From Nitrospirota bacterium (lineage in GTDB: Bacteria > Nitrospirota > Thermodesulfovibrionia > Thermodesulfovibrionales > JdFR-88): a DNA stretch of 64,000 nucleotides. The stretch lies in contig JAJYJK010000009.1 of the NCBI GenBank assembly GCA_021789555.1, forward strand, positions 5,222-69,221, given 5' to 3'. The position numbers and the translations under genes are program-made. Positions 17,488 to 31,648 of the stretch are shown one piece after another (within the stretch, counting starts at the first letter, position 1; every line of letters begins with the position of its first letter). The notes beneath the pieces were generated by a model. The model worked only from the letters and a program-made list of their open reading frames with translations, searched no databases and had not been told where the DNA came from.

Positions 17488-18368
17488 TGGCAAGAAAAGT
17501 CGTCCTGGCGATTATGCTTGTGCTGTCGGCCGCATCGTTCGCGCGGGCGCAGGAAAAGGCAAAGCTCCTCATAGGGCTCGTACCCGAGGAAAACATATTC
17601 CGCATGATAGAAAAACACCTCCCCCTTGCGGACTACATAGAAAAGAGGACCGGCATAAAAATCCAGTTCACGATACTCTCCCGCTACGGGGACATCATCG
17701 ACCGGTTCACGACGAGGAATATGGACGGGGCATTCTTCGGCGCCTTTACCGGCCTGCTGGCCAACCGAAAGCTCGGGGTGCAGCCCCTGGTCCGGCCCGT
17801 CGGCCCCGACGGCCTGGTATCGGCGCAGAGCATCGTCTTTGTGCGTAAAGACAGCGGGATAAGGACATTCGCCCAGATGAGGGGCAAGCGGGCCGTCTTC
17901 GTCGACAAGGCCACGGCCACCGGTTTCATCTACCTGCTCTACCGCCTGAAACAGATCGGGGTGACCGATTACAGCAGGTTTTTCCGCCAGTACTACTTCA
18001 CCGGCAACCATGAGGAGTCCATATACGCCGTCCTGGACGGCAGGGCGGACGTCGGGGTCGTCAAGAGCCGCTTCTTCGACAAGCTGTCGCTCAGGGACCC
18101 CCTGATCTCCGAGAGGCTCCTCGTCCTGGCGAAGTCAAACAAACTGCCAGACATCATCCTCTGCCTGAGAAGCGACATCCCCGCGGCAATACGAAACGAG
18201 CTCAAACGCACCCTTATCAACATGAAGAACGACCCGGAGGGGGCCAGGGTGCTCAGGACCCTGGGATATTCGGGGTTCGAGGAGGCAAAACCTGCCGATT
18301 TCGCCCCGGCCGCCGAACTCACGAGGGAGGCGGGCATAAACATAATGACGTATCAGTACACGAGATGA
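17487..18368 (+). CDS. PhnD-like phosphate/phosphonate-type periplasmic binding protein
   Basis: Signal peptide. LLIGLVPEENIFRMIEKHLPLADYIEKRTGIKIQFTILSRYGDIIDRF...DGAFFGAF. Confidence 0.65.
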   Translation: MARKVVLAIMLVLSAASFARAQEKAKLLIGLVPEENIFRMIEKHLPLADYIEKRTGIKIQFTILSRYGDIIDRFTTRNMDGAFFGAFTGLLANRKLGVQPLVRPVGPDGLVSAQSIVFVRKDSGIRTFAQMRGKRAVFVDKATATGFIYLLYRLKQIGVTDYSRFFRQYYFTGNHEESIYAVLDGRADVGVVKSRFFDKLSLRDPLISERLLVLAKSNKLPDIILCLRSDIPAAIRNELKRTLINMKNDPEGARVLRTLGYSGFEEAKPADFAPAAELTREAGINIMTYQYTR

Positions 18369-20428
18369 AAAAAAGGCTCATATATTCGCTCTTCCTTCTC
18401 TTTACGCTCTTCACGCTCGGCGCCACGCTCACCATCCTCTACATATACCGGACCACGTCCAACCTGCGCACCATCATAGCGCTGCACCGGGTGGAGATAA
18501 TAAGGCAGAACCTGGTCATCAACGCCCAAACCGTCCAGAGCCATCTCTACACCATAGGGACTGTTTTCGGCCCGGACGTCGACCAGGTAGTCAATAGCGT
18601 GCTAAACCTGGACAACTCCGTCCACTCCTGCCTGGGCTGCCACCATACGCCGCAGATGACGGTCCGCCTGCAGGAGATGAACAGGCTCGTGGAAGACTAC
18701 AAAGAGGCCCTGAGCTATCTCATAACCACGTCGGCGAACCCGGACCGCGTCGAAAGGCTGAGGACCGCCGCCATCGGGATAGGCAACGTCTTTTTGAACA
18801 AGTCCCAGGAGATGGCGCTCATCGCAAACGAGCGGCTCAATGAGCAGACCGTGAAGGCCATGCAGCAGATAAACAACTCGAGGTCCATCCTCCTTGTGAC
18901 GCTCATGCTCTCGTTCTGCATAGCGCTGGTAATCGCCGTCACGATGACCAGGCAGATAACCGGGCCGATAAACGAGCTTGTGGACGCGACAAGGCGCATA
19001 AAGGCGGGCAACCTGGGCTATATCACGCCTTACAAGAGCAGGGGGGAGTTCGGCGAGCTGATAAATTCATTCAATGACATGAGCCTTACGCTCAAGGAGT
19101 CGAACGAAAAAATCCTGCGCTACCTCCATAACCTCTCGAACCTCTACAGCATTACCATAACGTTCCACAGCGTCACTTCAATGACCGACATCTTCAAGGA
19201 GCTGTCGGCCGGCATCGAGGAGCTTACGGGGGCCCGCCAAAGCGGCATACTGCTCATGGACGAAAAAGGGGAGTTCTTCCGGCACATGTACCCGGCCTCC
19301 GGCATCCCGCGGGAGGCTGCGGACTCCATAAAGATCGAAGCGTCCTTCATGGACAGCCTTTACCACTCCTGCATGAGAAGGGCGCTTATACTCAACAGGG
19401 ACATCCAGAGGTCGCCCACCGCCCAGGCGGACGGGCGGCTCGGGGTGAAAAATATCATGTTCATATGGGTCAGGAACAAGGGCGAGCTGATAGGGGCCAT
19501 CAGGGCGGCCAACAAAAAGACGGGGGATTTCACGGAGGAAGACGCGAGCCTGCTGGCCATCCTCGGCAACAACTTCAGTGTCGCGCTTGAAAACGCGAGG
19601 CTCTGGGAGAGCCTGAAACTCCAGATGAAGGAGCTGAAGGACACGCAGGAGCAGCTCGTCCAGGCCGCCAAGTTCGCCGCCATCGGCGAGCTCGCCTCAA
19701 ACGTGGCCCACGAGATAAACAACCCCCTTACGAGCATCCTGGGCTACGCGGAGCTGATAAGGGAAGAGACGGACATGGACATCATGCAGCGGGACCTGGA
19801 CATCATAGAGAAAGAGTCCCTGAGGGCAAGGGACATTGTAAACCACCTCCTGGAGTTCTCCAGGAAAAGGCCGCTGAAGATAGGGCCGACCGACATAAAT
19901 GCGCTGCTGAAGAACGTCATGGAGCTTATCAGCTTCCAGATAAAGGACACCCTGATAAAGATCGTCGCCGATTTCGGCGATATCCCGCCCATAAAGGGCG
20001 ACCCCGACCAGCTCAAGCAGGTCTTCCTGAACCTGGTCAACAACGCCATCTTCGCGATGGAGAAATCCGGCGCCCTGGGCATCAAGACTTACGTGAAAGG
20101 CAATTTCGCATGCGTCCGGATATCGGACACCGGCAAGGGCATCCCAGCCGAGGTGATGGAGCGCATATTCGAACCCTTCTTCACGACGAAGAGCGAGAAG
20201 GGCACCGGGCTTGGTCTTTCGATAAGCTACAAGATAGTGCAGAGCCACAGGGGGAATTTCGAGGTGGAAAGCGCCCCCGGCAAGGGCAGTTCGTTTACGG
20301 TGAAGCTGCCCCTCGGGGACAAACCGCCGGGGGAGAGACGCCCCGCGGAGGACAAATCCGTGGCGGCAAAGGGGGTAGCGGACTCCGTCGCCGATCCCCC
20401 CGCGAAAACACCCACCCTGGAGAACTGA
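18365..20428 (+). CDS. Sensor histidine kinase (TM-HAMP-GAF-HisKA-HATPase)
   Basis: H-box [18 protein letters not shown]-box [12 protein letters not shown]-boxes DTGKGI and GTGLGLS. Start overlaps the upstream gene stop. Confidence 0.9.
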   Translation: MKKRLIYSLFLLFTLFTLGATLTILYIYRTTSNLRTIIALHRVEIIRQNLVINAQTVQSHLYTIGTVFGPDVDQVVNSVLNLDNSVHSCLGCHHTPQMTVRLQEMNRLVEDYKEALSYLITTSANPDRVERLRTAAIGIGNVFLNKSQEMALIANERLNEQTVKAMQQINNSRSILLVTLMLSFCIALVIAVTMTRQITGPINELVDATRRIKAGNLGYITPYKSRGEFGELINSFNDMSLTLKESNEKILRYLHNLSNLYSITITFHSVTSMTDIFKELSAGIEELTGARQSGILLMDEKGEFFRHMYPASGIPREAADSIKIEASFMDSLYHSCMRRALILNRDIQRSPTAQADGRLGVKNIMFIWVRNKGELIGAIRAANKKTGDFTEEDASLLAILGNNFSVALENARLWESLKLQMKELKDTQEQLVQAAKFAAIGELASNVAHEINNPLTSILGYAELIREETDMDIMQRDLDIIEKESLRARDIVNHLLEFSRKRPLKIGPTDINALLKNVMELISFQIKDTLIKIVADFGDIPPIKGDPDQLKQVFLNLVNNAIFAMEKSGALGIKTYVKGNFACVRISDTGKGIPAEVMERIFEPFFTTKSEKGTGLGLSISYKIVQSHRGNFEVESAPGKGSSFTVKLPLGDKPPGERRPAEDKSVAAKGVADSVADPPAKTPTLEN

Positions 20429-20535
20429 TACGGAAAGAAATGTTTTGGAGAGCGGCCTTCCCGCCCGGGCGGAGATGACGGACGCCGCCCGGCGATGATA
20501 TCTCGAGGCAGCCTCCGGCGGCAGCAGCGCCGGGG

Positions 20536-21555
20536 CTAGGCCATCTCTATGAGCTTTTCGGCTATCTGGACGGCGTTCAGGGCCGCGCCCTTCCTTAAAT
20601 TGTCCGAGACCAGCCAGAGGTTGAGGCCGTTTTCAATCGACTCGTCTTCCCTGATCCTGCCCACGAAAGTCTCGTCCTTTCCGGCCGAGTATATGGGCAG
20701 CGGATAGATGTTCTTCTCCGGCGCGTCATAGACGATAACGCCCGGCGCAACCGAAAGCACCGCCCTGGCCTCGACGGCCGACAGCTTCTTTTCGGTCTCG
20801 ATGTTGACGCTCTCGGAATGGCCCCTGAAGACCGGCACCCGCACGGTGGTCGCCGTGATCCTGATGCTCGCGTCCCCCATGATCTTCCTTGTCTCGTTGA
20901 CCATCTTCATCTCTTCCCTGGTGTAGCCGTTTTCAAGGAACTTGTCTATATGGGGCAGCACGTTGAACGCAATCTGGTGCGGATAGACCTTGCAGGAGAC
21001 ATCCTGGAAGCTAAGCAGGGCCCGCGTCTGCTCAAGCAGCTCATCCATCGCCTTCCTGCCGGTCCCCGAAACCGCCTGGTAGGTGCTGACGACGACCCTT
21101 TTTATCCTTGCCGCGTCATGGATGGGTTTCAGGACCACCACCATCTGGATGGTCGAGCAGTTGGGGTTGGCTATTATCCCCTTGTGCCATTTGAGATCCT
21201 GCGGGTTCACCTCCGGCACCACGAGGGGCACTTCCGGGTCCATGCGCCACTGGCTTGAGTTGTCCACGACGACGCAGCCGCTTCCGGCGGCGACGGGCGC
21301 CCATCTTGCGGACCTCTCCGCGCCCGCGGAAAAAAGCGCTATGTCCAGGCCCTTGAAGGAGTCCTCCTTGAGCGTTTCGACGACGACATCGCCGCCCAGG
21401 AAGGAATGACTCTTACCCTCCGAGCGCTCGGAGGCGAAAAGCCGAAGGCTCCGGACGGGGAATTTCCTCTCCTCGAGGACCTCTATCATTTCGTTTCCCA
21501 CGGCGCCGGTCGCACCGACCACCGCCACATTGTATTTATCTTTCCTTTTAAGCAT
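20536..21555 (-). CDS. asd: Aspartate-semialdehyde dehydrogenase
   Basis: VAVVGATGAVG, IANPNCSTIQMV, VSTYQAVSGTG. Confidence 0.95.
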   Translation of the reverse strand: MLKRKDKYNVAVVGATGAVGNEMIEVLEERKFPVRSLRLFASERSEGKSHSFLGGDVVVETLKEDSFKGLDIALFSAGAERSARWAPVAAGSGCVVVDNSSQWRMDPEVPLVVPEVNPQDLKWHKGIIANPNCSTIQMVVVLKPIHDAARIKRVVVSTYQAVSGTGRKAMDELLEQTRALLSFQDVSCKVYPHQIAFNVLPHIDKFLENGYTREEMKMVNETRKIMGDASIRITATTVRVPVFRGHSESVNIETEKKLSAVEARAVLSVAPGVIVYDAPEKNIYPLPIYSAGKDETFVGRIREDESIENGLNLWLVSDNLRKGAALNAVQIAEKLIEMA

Positions 21556-21644
21556 GCCCGTTTCAAACGCTCCTTGAATATGGATTTCAGATAAAGACCA
21601 GGCCCAAATTAATATTAGCCTAATTGGAGGGGTACAGGCAAGAA

Positions 21645-21669
21645 ACAGGGCGGGGAAACCCCGCCCTGT
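21645..21669. terminator. GC-rich hairpin terminator between hybrid kinase gene and asd
   Basis: ACAGGGCGGGGaaaCCCCGCCCTGT with T-rich flanks on both strands. Confidence 0.5.
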
Positions 21670-21713
21670 CTTTGTTTTTATCCGGGGGCGCGTGGGCGCA
21701 GCCCCCCATATTT

Positions 21714-23696
21714 CTACCCTTTGACCACCTTGCCCAGCACGCGGCAGAGCTCCGCTATCAGGTAGGGCTTGGCCAGGACGTCCTTGAAACCGTATTCGCT
21801 GAACCTGGACATCACCGGGTCATTGTAATAGCCCGACGAGGCGACCGCCCTGACCCTGGGGTCGATCTCCAGGAGCTTGCGGACGGCCTCCTTGCCCCCG
21901 GTGCCGCCCGAGACGATGAGGTCCAGGATCACGGCGTCATACGGGTTTCCCGAACTCATGGCGGCCGTGTACATCTCGACCGCCCTGTCCCCATCGCTTG
22001 CCAGCTCGACGCTATATCCGCACTGCTCCAGCATGCGGGCGATGACCACCCGGATGCCCTCCTCGTCGTCCATGAGCAATATCTTCCCCCTGCCGTAGAC
22101 GGCGCCTCCCTTATCATCCTCCTGCCCCGCCTGTTTCCGGTCGACCCGGCCCGTGGAGAATGCCGGCAGGTAAACGTTAAAGACCGTGACCTCATCGCCC
22201 TTCGATTCGGCGAATATCTGGCCGCCGTGCTTTTTCACTATCGAATAGGAGATGGCGAGCCCCAGGCCGGCATTCTTCCGGCCGGCGTTGAAGAACGGGT
22301 CGAACATCCTGTGCATGTGCTCCGAGGGTATCTGTCCGCCCCGGTCCTCGAAGGAGACCCTTATGTAATCGCCCTTCGAAAGGGGAATCAGCTCCGCCTC
22401 CGAAAGATGCACGTTGGCGGCGCTCACCTTTATAACGCCTCCTTCCGGCATCCCCTGCTGCGCGTTTATCAGGAGGTTGTTTATGACCTGGCTTATCTGG
22501 CCCTCATCGCAGTGCACCGGCCAGAGGTCCTCGGGGACCGAAATCTCGAATTTCAGCCCCTCGGCCGCGGTCAGCGACACCGCGTCCCTTATGATGTCGC
22601 CCACCGAAACGGCCTTCCTGCCGGCCTCCCCGGTCTTCGAGAACGTCAGGAGCTGGTTGGCCAGGTGCCTGCCCTTCAGGGAGGCCTTTTCCGCCTCATC
22701 GAGGATGTCCCTCATCTCGCCCGCGACGGGATAGAGTTTCGAGAGGGAGATATTGCCTATTATCATGGTGAGTATGTTATTGAACTCATGGGCTATGCCG
22801 CTCGCAAGCGCGCCCAGGGACTCGAGCCGCTGGGTCTTCTGAAGCTCCGCCTCCATCAGTTTCCGCTCGGTCACGTCCCTGACGTTCGTCACCACGCCCA
22901 TGACCTGGCCGGTCTTGGAATCGATGAGCGGCACACTGTGGACCTCCATCCAGCCGTCGGTCCTGTCGCCCAGGCGGTCGAACTTCATGGTCCTCAGCGA
23001 GGGCTGGCCCGACTCGAACACGGCGGCCACGGAGCAGTCGGCGCAGGGCTCGCCGCCGCCGTGGAAGACCTTGTAACACTTCTTGCCCGCCAGCGGGGCC
23101 TCCCACTTGTAAAGCTGGTCCATCATCCTGTTTGGGCGCAGGATTGTAAAATCCCTGTCGAGGATGTATATCCCGTACTGGAAGCTTTCAAATACGTTTG
23201 TGAGGAACTCCTCTTTGGCCTTTATCGTGTCTTCGTACTGTTTGCGCTGCGTTATGTCGCGCGCGACCCCGAGCACGGAGCATACCGCGCCGTGCTTGTC
23301 CCTTACGGGGATGAGGCGCGTGTCAAGCGAGATGCGCCTGCCGAAAAGAGAGATGGTTTCCTCGACGCTGTCGGGCTCGCCGGTCTGGAAGACCCGCTCA
23401 AGACGCTGCCCCGGGAACGCGAAAACACGGGGCGGAAAGACCTGCTCCACCGGCTGGCCTGTCAAGTCCTCGGCCGATTTGCCGAAAAACCCCGAGGCGT
23501 AGTCGTTGACGAATTTCAGGCGCCGGTCCTCCCCCACGATAAAGACTATGTCCAGGGAGAGTTCGGCAAGGATGCGGTAATGGTTTTCCCTCTCCAGGAG
23601 GGACTCGATAATCTTTTTCAGCCTGGCCTCGGACTCCTCGAGCCTGGCCAGCTTCTCCTCATGCGCCGCTTCATCCAGAAATCTATCTTCGTTCAT
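21714..23696 (-). CDS. PAS-domain hybrid sensor histidine kinase with C-terminal receiver
   Basis: Multiple PAS repeats. H-box LASGIAHEFNNILT, HATPase motifs (NAGLGLAISY) and a receiver domain (KILLMDDEEGIR...DAVILDL). Start at MNEDRF. Confidence 0.9.
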   Translation of the reverse strand: MNEDRFLDEAAHEEKLARLEESEARLKKIIESLLERENHYRILAELSLDIVFIVGEDRRLKFVNDYASGFFGKSAEDLTGQPVEQVFPPRVFAFPGQRLERVFQTGEPDSVEETISLFGRRISLDTRLIPVRDKHGAVCSVLGVARDITQRKQYEDTIKAKEEFLTNVFESFQYGIYILDRDFTILRPNRMMDQLYKWEAPLAGKKCYKVFHGGGEPCADCSVAAVFESGQPSLRTMKFDRLGDRTDGWMEVHSVPLIDSKTGQVMGVVTNVRDVTERKLMEAELQKTQRLESLGALASGIAHEFNNILTMIIGNISLSKLYPVAGEMRDILDEAEKASLKGRHLANQLLTFSKTGEAGRKAVSVGDIIRDAVSLTAAEGLKFEISVPEDLWPVHCDEGQISQVINNLLINAQQGMPEGGVIKVSAANVHLSEAELIPLSKGDYIRVSFEDRGGQIPSEHMHRMFDPFFNAGRKNAGLGLAISYSIVKKHGGQIFAESKGDEVTVFNVYLPAFSTGRVDRKQAGQEDDKGGAVYGRGKILLMDDEEGIRVVIARMLEQCGYSVELASDGDRAVEMYTAAMSSGNPYDAVILDLIVSGGTGGKEAVRKLLEIDPRVRAVASSGYYNDPVMSRFSEYGFKDVLAKPYLIAELCRVLGKVVKG

Positions 23697-23805
23697 CAAG
23701 GTTATCTTCGACCAAAAAACGACACCCGCCGGCGCGCAAAACCATAATGGCAAACACCTATCGCCGATATAATACTTATTCGGCCTTTTGGAAGAAAGAC
23801 TTTAG

Positions 23806-25050
23806 CTAAAGCAGCTCTCCCGCCTTCTCGGCGAGGGCGCTTCTGGCGCTCCTTGCCAGGTTCAGGTAGCAAAAGAACTCCTCGTTTATGAACCTGGCCG
23901 TCAGGAAGGCCAGTCCGTTGCTGCAGGAATCCAGGTAAGGGGTGTCGATCTGGTCCAGGTCCCCGGTGAAGACCACCTTTGTGCCTTCTCCGGCCCTGGT
24001 CAAAATGGTCTTCACGTCCAGGGGCCTGAGATTCTGGGCCTCGTCGATTATCATGTAGCGCCGGGGGAGGCTCCTGCCCCTGATATATGTGAGGGGCTCT
24101 ATATGGACCGCGTCCGATTCAACCAGGTAATTGGAGCTTTTGTACCTGGGGATATGCCTTTCGTCCTTTCTCTCCTGCGGGGTGCCCACGATGACGTCCA
24201 GGTTGTCGAAGATGGGCTGCATCCATGGACGGAGTTTTTCCTCGACATCGCCCGGCAGGTATCCTAAATCCTGCCCCATCGGCACAACGGGCCTGGCCAC
24301 CAGCACCTGTTCGTAGCGGCCCTTTTCCTTCTCATGCAGCCCGGCGGCCAGGGAGAGAAGCGTCTTGCCCGTGCCGGCGCGCCCCGCCAGCGCCACCACC
24401 TGCACATCATCGGCCGTAAGGGCGTCTATCGCGCATTCCTGGTCGGGGTTTTTGGGCATTATCCCGGAGACCGCCCTCTGCCTCTTTATAGGCATCTGGC
24501 TGGCCTTCCCCCAGAGCCTGAAAATCCTGTCGCCCGAGCTCTGGTATCTCACCGACAGAAGCATCTGCGCCTTCGGGTCGCCCTCCTTAAGGACCGTCCC
24601 GAATTCCTTTGCGGCCGTGGTCTTGTCATGCTTGTAATCCTGGGCCTCCACCCCCTGCGCCTCCGATTTTATCCTCACCGCCGTGTCCTTGGACACGACG
24701 ACCACGGGCGCCCCGGCCTGCCCCTTCATGTCGACGGCGGTCTTTATTATCCTGTCGTCCCCGGAGAGCTGCCTGCCGGAATGCGTTTGACCGTCACCCA
24801 GCACGACCCTCAGGGAGCCGCCGCCCGAAAACGTTATGCCCTCGGCCAGGTTTCCCCCGTTGTCCCTCAGGCCGTCAATTGCCCTAAGCGCCTGCCTCGA
24901 GGACCGTGCGACGGCGCCGTGTCCGCGCTTCAGGCCGTCAAGCTCCTCTATCACCGTTATGGGGATTATGAGGTGGTTGTCCTGGAATTTTTCCAGGGCC
25001 TCCGGGTCATGGACGAGCACGCTGGTGTCGATTACGTATATCTTCTGCAT
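23806..25050 (-). CDS. PIN-domain/PhoH-like ATPase (YlaK type)
   Basis: N-terminal PIN domain (MQKIYVIDTSVLVHDP). Walker A GRAGTGKT. PhoH C-terminal region (IIDEAQNL). Confidence 0.85.
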   Translation of the reverse strand: MQKIYVIDTSVLVHDPEALEKFQDNHLIIPITVIEELDGLKRGHGAVARSSRQALRAIDGLRDNGGNLAEGITFSGGGSLRVVLGDGQTHSGRQLSGDDRIIKTAVDMKGQAGAPVVVVSKDTAVRIKSEAQGVEAQDYKHDKTTAAKEFGTVLKEGDPKAQMLLSVRYQSSGDRIFRLWGKASQMPIKRQRAVSGIMPKNPDQECAIDALTADDVQVVALAGRAGTGKTLLSLAAGLHEKEKGRYEQVLVARPVVPMGQDLGYLPGDVEEKLRPWMQPIFDNLDVIVGTPQERKDERHIPRYKSSNYLVESDAVHIEPLTYIRGRSLPRRYMIIDEAQNLRPLDVKTILTRAGEGTKVVFTGDLDQIDTPYLDSCSNGLAFLTARFINEEFFCYLNLARSARSALAEKAGELL

Positions 25051-25064
25051 GAAATGGGTCCCCC

Positions 25065-26633
25065 CTATCGCTCTTGTTTGAGGAGCTTGTACTCTATGCT
25101 GTCCACGAGGGCCTGGTAGGAGGCCTCTATGATGTTTTCGGAGACCCCGACCGTGCCCCATTTCTCCCTGCCGTCGCCGGACTCTATAAGGACCCGCACA
25201 TTGGCCGCAGTCCCCTTGCCCGCCGCCAGCACCCGGACCTTGTAGTCGAGGAGCCTTACGGCCCTCAGTTCCGGGTAGAATTTCTCCAGCGCCTTCCTGA
25301 GCGCGTTATCGAGGGCGTTAACGGGGCCGTCCCCGGTGGCGGCCGTGTGTACGATGTTGCCGCCGACCTTGAGCATTATGGTGGCCTCGTTTATCGGCAC
25401 TTCCCCTTCCTTTCGTTTCTCGACGATGACCCTAAACCCCATCAGGTCGAAAAACCTCCTGTGCAGCCCCAGGGCCTTCTTCATCAGAAGCTCGAAGGAC
25501 GCCTCGGCCGCCTCGAACTGATAGCCCTGGTTTTCGAGGTCCTTCAGTTCGCGCACTATATCGGCAACGAGCGGGGAGCGCTCGTTCATGGCTATATTGA
25601 ACTCCTTCGCCTTTTTGAGGATGCTGCTTTTGCCCGCGAGGTCCGAGACGAGGACGCGCCTGCGGTTGCCCACAAGCTCCGGCCTTATGTGCTCATACGT
25701 CTGAGGCTGCTTCATCACGGCGCTGACGTGTATGCCCGCCTTGTGGGCGAAGGCGCTGTCGCCCACGAAGGGCTGGTGCCTGAAATGTCGAAGGTTGGCA
25801 AGCTCCGTGACGAAGCGCGATATCTCCCTTAATCTTTCAAGCCCCTCCCCGGCGACGCACTCCACCCCCATCTTCAGCTCCAGGTCCGGTATCACGGAGC
25901 AGAGGTTTGCGTTTCCGCAGCGCTCACCGTAGCCGTTTATGGTGCCGTGGACCTGCACAGCCCCGAGCCCGACGGCGATCAGGGAGTTGGCCACGGCGCA
26001 CTCCGAATCGTTATGGGCGTGGATGCCAAACGGTGTTTTGAGGCGTTTTTTGACTTCCCTTATCGTCTGCGCCAGGGCATCCGGGAGCGTCCCGCCGTTG
26101 GTGTCGCAAAGGACAAGGCAGTCCGCGCCGCCCTCATGCGCGGCATCCAGGCATTTTAGCGCGTACTCCGGGTTTGCCTTAAAACCGTCAAAGAAATGCT
26201 CGGCGTCGAAAAAGACCTTCTCGACATGGGATTTCAGGAAGGCGACGGAGTCCCGTATAATGTCCAGGTTCTCTTCGAGCGGTATGCGGAAGGCCTCGGT
26301 CACGTGGAAATCCCAGGTCTTGCCGAAGATCGTGACCGCGCCCGCCCCGGCCTGCACCAGGTGCCTGAGGTTCTGGTCGTCGGCGGCCTTGTGCCTGGGC
26401 CTGTGCGTGCTGCCGAAGGCAACTACCTTCGCCCGCTTCAGCCCGAGGTCCTTCACCTTCTGGAAGTATTCCGAATCCCGGGGGTTGCTGGCCGGCCAGC
26501 CGCCCTCGATGTAATCGATCCCCAGCTCGTCCAGTTTCTCCGTTATCCTGAGCTTGTCATCGACGGAAAAGGAGATGTCCTCGGCCTGGGAGCCGTCCCT
26601 GAGCGTGGTGTCATAGATGTACACGCGCTTCAT
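25065..26633 (-). CDS. cimA: Citramalate synthase (LeuA-related, long form)
   Basis: [30 protein letters not shown]...[16 protein letters not shown]; HAHND; about 520 aa with a C-terminal regulatory domain. This is the CimA/TIGR00977-like pattern. Confidence 0.75.
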   Translation of the reverse strand: MKRVYIYDTTLRDGSQAEDISFSVDDKLRITEKLDELGIDYIEGGWPASNPRDSEYFQKVKDLGLKRAKVVAFGSTHRPRHKAADDQNLRHLVQAGAGAVTIFGKTWDFHVTEAFRIPLEENLDIIRDSVAFLKSHVEKVFFDAEHFFDGFKANPEYALKCLDAAHEGGADCLVLCDTNGGTLPDALAQTIREVKKRLKTPFGIHAHNDSECAVANSLIAVGLGAVQVHGTINGYGERCGNANLCSVIPDLELKMGVECVAGEGLERLREISRFVTELANLRHFRHQPFVGDSAFAHKAGIHVSAVMKQPQTYEHIRPELVGNRRRVLVSDLAGKSSILKKAKEFNIAMNERSPLVADIVRELKDLENQGYQFEAAEASFELLMKKALGLHRRFFDLMGFRVIVEKRKEGEVPINEATIMLKVGGNIVHTAATGDGPVNALDNALRKALEKFYPELRAVRLLDYKVRVLAAGKGTAANVRVLIESGDGREKWGTVGVSENIIEASYQALVDSIEYKLLKQER

Positions 26634-26759
26634 ACTGAAATAATTTAACACATCCGGGCCGGTGAATTCCCTGCATCGGCCTTGACCAAACCTGCGCCGC
26701 TATGGTATTTTTTATGGCTCGCAAGAAAAATTTTTAGAAAATTCCGGAGGTCTTTTCCG

Positions 26760-27910
26760 ATGCTCAAGCGTTATCTGCTGGCCCCGGGACCGACGCCCGT
26801 CCCGCCGGAGGTCCTTTTACGGATGGCCATGCCAATCATACATCACAGGGCGCCGGATTTCGTCCCGGTATTCGAGTCGGCCAAAAACCGGCTCAAATGG
26901 CTCTTCCAGACCAACAACGACGTCCTTATCCTTACCTCGAGCGGCACCGGGGCGATGACCGCGAGCGTGGACAATTTCCTGTCGCCAGGCGACCACGTGC
27001 TCGTAGTCAACGGGGGAAAGTTCGGCGAGCGGTGGACAAAGATCTGCAAGGCCTACGGCCTTCTGGCAGAGGAGATAATGGTCCCATGGGGGCGCTCCGT
27101 CAAGCCGGCGGATGTGGCCGGCGCGCTCGAAAGGGACCCGGCAGTCAAGGCCGTCTTCATGCAGGCGGTCGAGACCTCCACGGGCGTCTACCACGATGTG
27201 GAGGCCGTGGGGGCCGTGATAAAAGACAGGAAGGACGTGCTCTTCGCGGTGGATGCGATAAGCGCCCTCGTCGCCCACGACCTCAAGAGCGACGCCTGGG
27301 GTGTGGACCTGATGATAGGCGGCTCCCAGAAAGGGCTCATGCTTCCGCCGGGGCTTGCCTTCCTGGGCGTCTCCGAAAAGGCATGGCGGATGTCGGAGGG
27401 CTCAAAGGCGCCCCGTTTCTATTTCAACCTGAAGAAGGAGAGAGAGGCGCTTAAAAAGAACCAGACCAACTATACCCCCGCCGTCTCGCTCATCATAGGG
27501 CTGGAGGCGGCCCTGGAGATGCTCGAACAAGAGGGGCTCCAGGCCGTCTTCGCAAGGCACGCCAGGCTGGCCCTCGCGATGAGGGAGGCGGTCAGGGCCA
27601 TGGGGCTCGAGACCTTCCCGGAGGAGTCCCCGAGCAATTCGGTGACGGCCATAAAGGCCCCGGAGGGGACCGACGGGCAGGAGATTTACAAGAACCTCAG
27701 GGAAAGATACGGTGTCACGGCGGCCGGGGGGCAGGACAAACTCAAGGGCAAGGTCTTCCGCATCGCGCACCTGGGCTATGCCGGGACCTTCGACGTCATC
27801 ACCGCCGTCTCCGCAATCGAGATGACACTGAAGGGCCTGGGCCATGACGTCAGGCTTGGAAGCGGGGTGGGCGCCGCCGAAGAGATACTTCTGGAAAAAA
27901 GGACTCCGTA

Positions 27911-27911
<1 letters not shown>
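26760..27911 (+). CDS. Class V aminotransferase (serine-glyoxylate/phosphoserine aminotransferase type)
   Basis: MLKRYLLAPGPTPVPPEVL...HHRAPDF; GSQKGLMLPPGL (PLP lysine). Directly upstream of serA. Confidence 0.8.
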
Positions 27912-30777
<2,866 letters not shown>

Positions 30778-30781
30778 GGCC

Positions 30782-31495
30782 GTGACCTTCTGGAGATCGG
30801 CGGCAGACCTGCTGCTGAGGGGTTTCTTCCCGTCGCGCTGCCCGGCCTGCGGCCTGCCCTCCGACGACCCGGCGAGCCTGCCGTTTTGCGCGGCTTGCTG
30901 GCGGGGGATTTCACTTTCACTCTATGAGGGGCCGGCCTGCGCCATCTGCGGCGAGCCGCTCCCCTCGGAGCACGCCATTCACTGCGGCCCCTGCCTTGAA
31001 GACAGACCCGCGTATACGAAGGCCTTCACGTTCGGGCTCTTCGAGGGCGCACTTAAAGAAGCGATCCATAATTACAAGTTCGCCCCTGCCAGGAGGCTCT
31101 CCGCACCGCTGGCCGGGATGCTGTTAGCGAGGGGGCTGCCGCCCGTCCACGCGGTGACGGCCGTGCCGCTGTCAAAAAAAAGGCTGCTTGAACGCGGGTT
31201 CAACCAGAGCATGCTCATTGGCAGGCATATCGCCAAAAGCTCCGGGGCCGAACTCCTTCCACATGCGCTCAGGAAGGTGAAGGAGACCCCGCCCCAGGCC
31301 GGACTAAACAGGAAGGAGCGCGCGCGCAACCTGCGCGGGGCGTTCCGGGCGAATGACCGCTTCGACGATATGACGATATTGCTCATTGACGACGTGATTA
31401 CAACCGGCGCCACCGTGAGGGAATGCTCGAAGACGCTCGTCAAGGCCGGGGCAAAAGAGGTCTTCGTGGCCGCCATCGCGCGGACGAAAAAATGA
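30782..31495 (+). CDS. ComF family phosphoribosyltransferase-like protein
   Basis: N-terminal CxxC pairs and a C-terminal PRTase motif ILLIDDVITTGAT. Confidence 0.75.
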   Translation: MTFWRSAADLLLRGFFPSRCPACGLPSDDPASLPFCAACWRGISLSLYEGPACAICGEPLPSEHAIHCGPCLEDRPAYTKAFTFGLFEGALKEAIHNYKFAPARRLSAPLAGMLLARGLPPVHAVTAVPLSKKRLLERGFNQSMLIGRHIAKSSGAELLPHALRKVKETPPQAGLNRKERARNLRGAFRANDRFDDMTILLIDDVITTGATVRECSKTLVKAGAKEVFVAAIARTKK

Positions 31496-31648
31496 AAAAA
31501 GTTTACTTTGCGCCGTATACCGCATCTTCTTTTGTCACTCCATCCCGGAATTTTATTTCATTAAGGATAGAATCGGGCGCGTACGAAAAAATAAATAAAA
31601 AAATAAATGAGGTTTACATTTTTCCCATAAATAAATTATCTTTTTAGG

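Noticed and set aside
21624-23747. 707-aa ORF antisense to the hybrid histidine kinase
   Set aside because: The length is striking, but it mirrors a kinase gene with clear H/N/G boxes and a receiver domain. No SD, no motifs, and biased composition.
31423-31647. 74-aa ORF in the AT-rich comF-PHP spacer
   Set aside because: It overlaps the comF 3' end, continues through low-complexity AT-rich sequence, and has no SD. Likely a promoter or UTR region.
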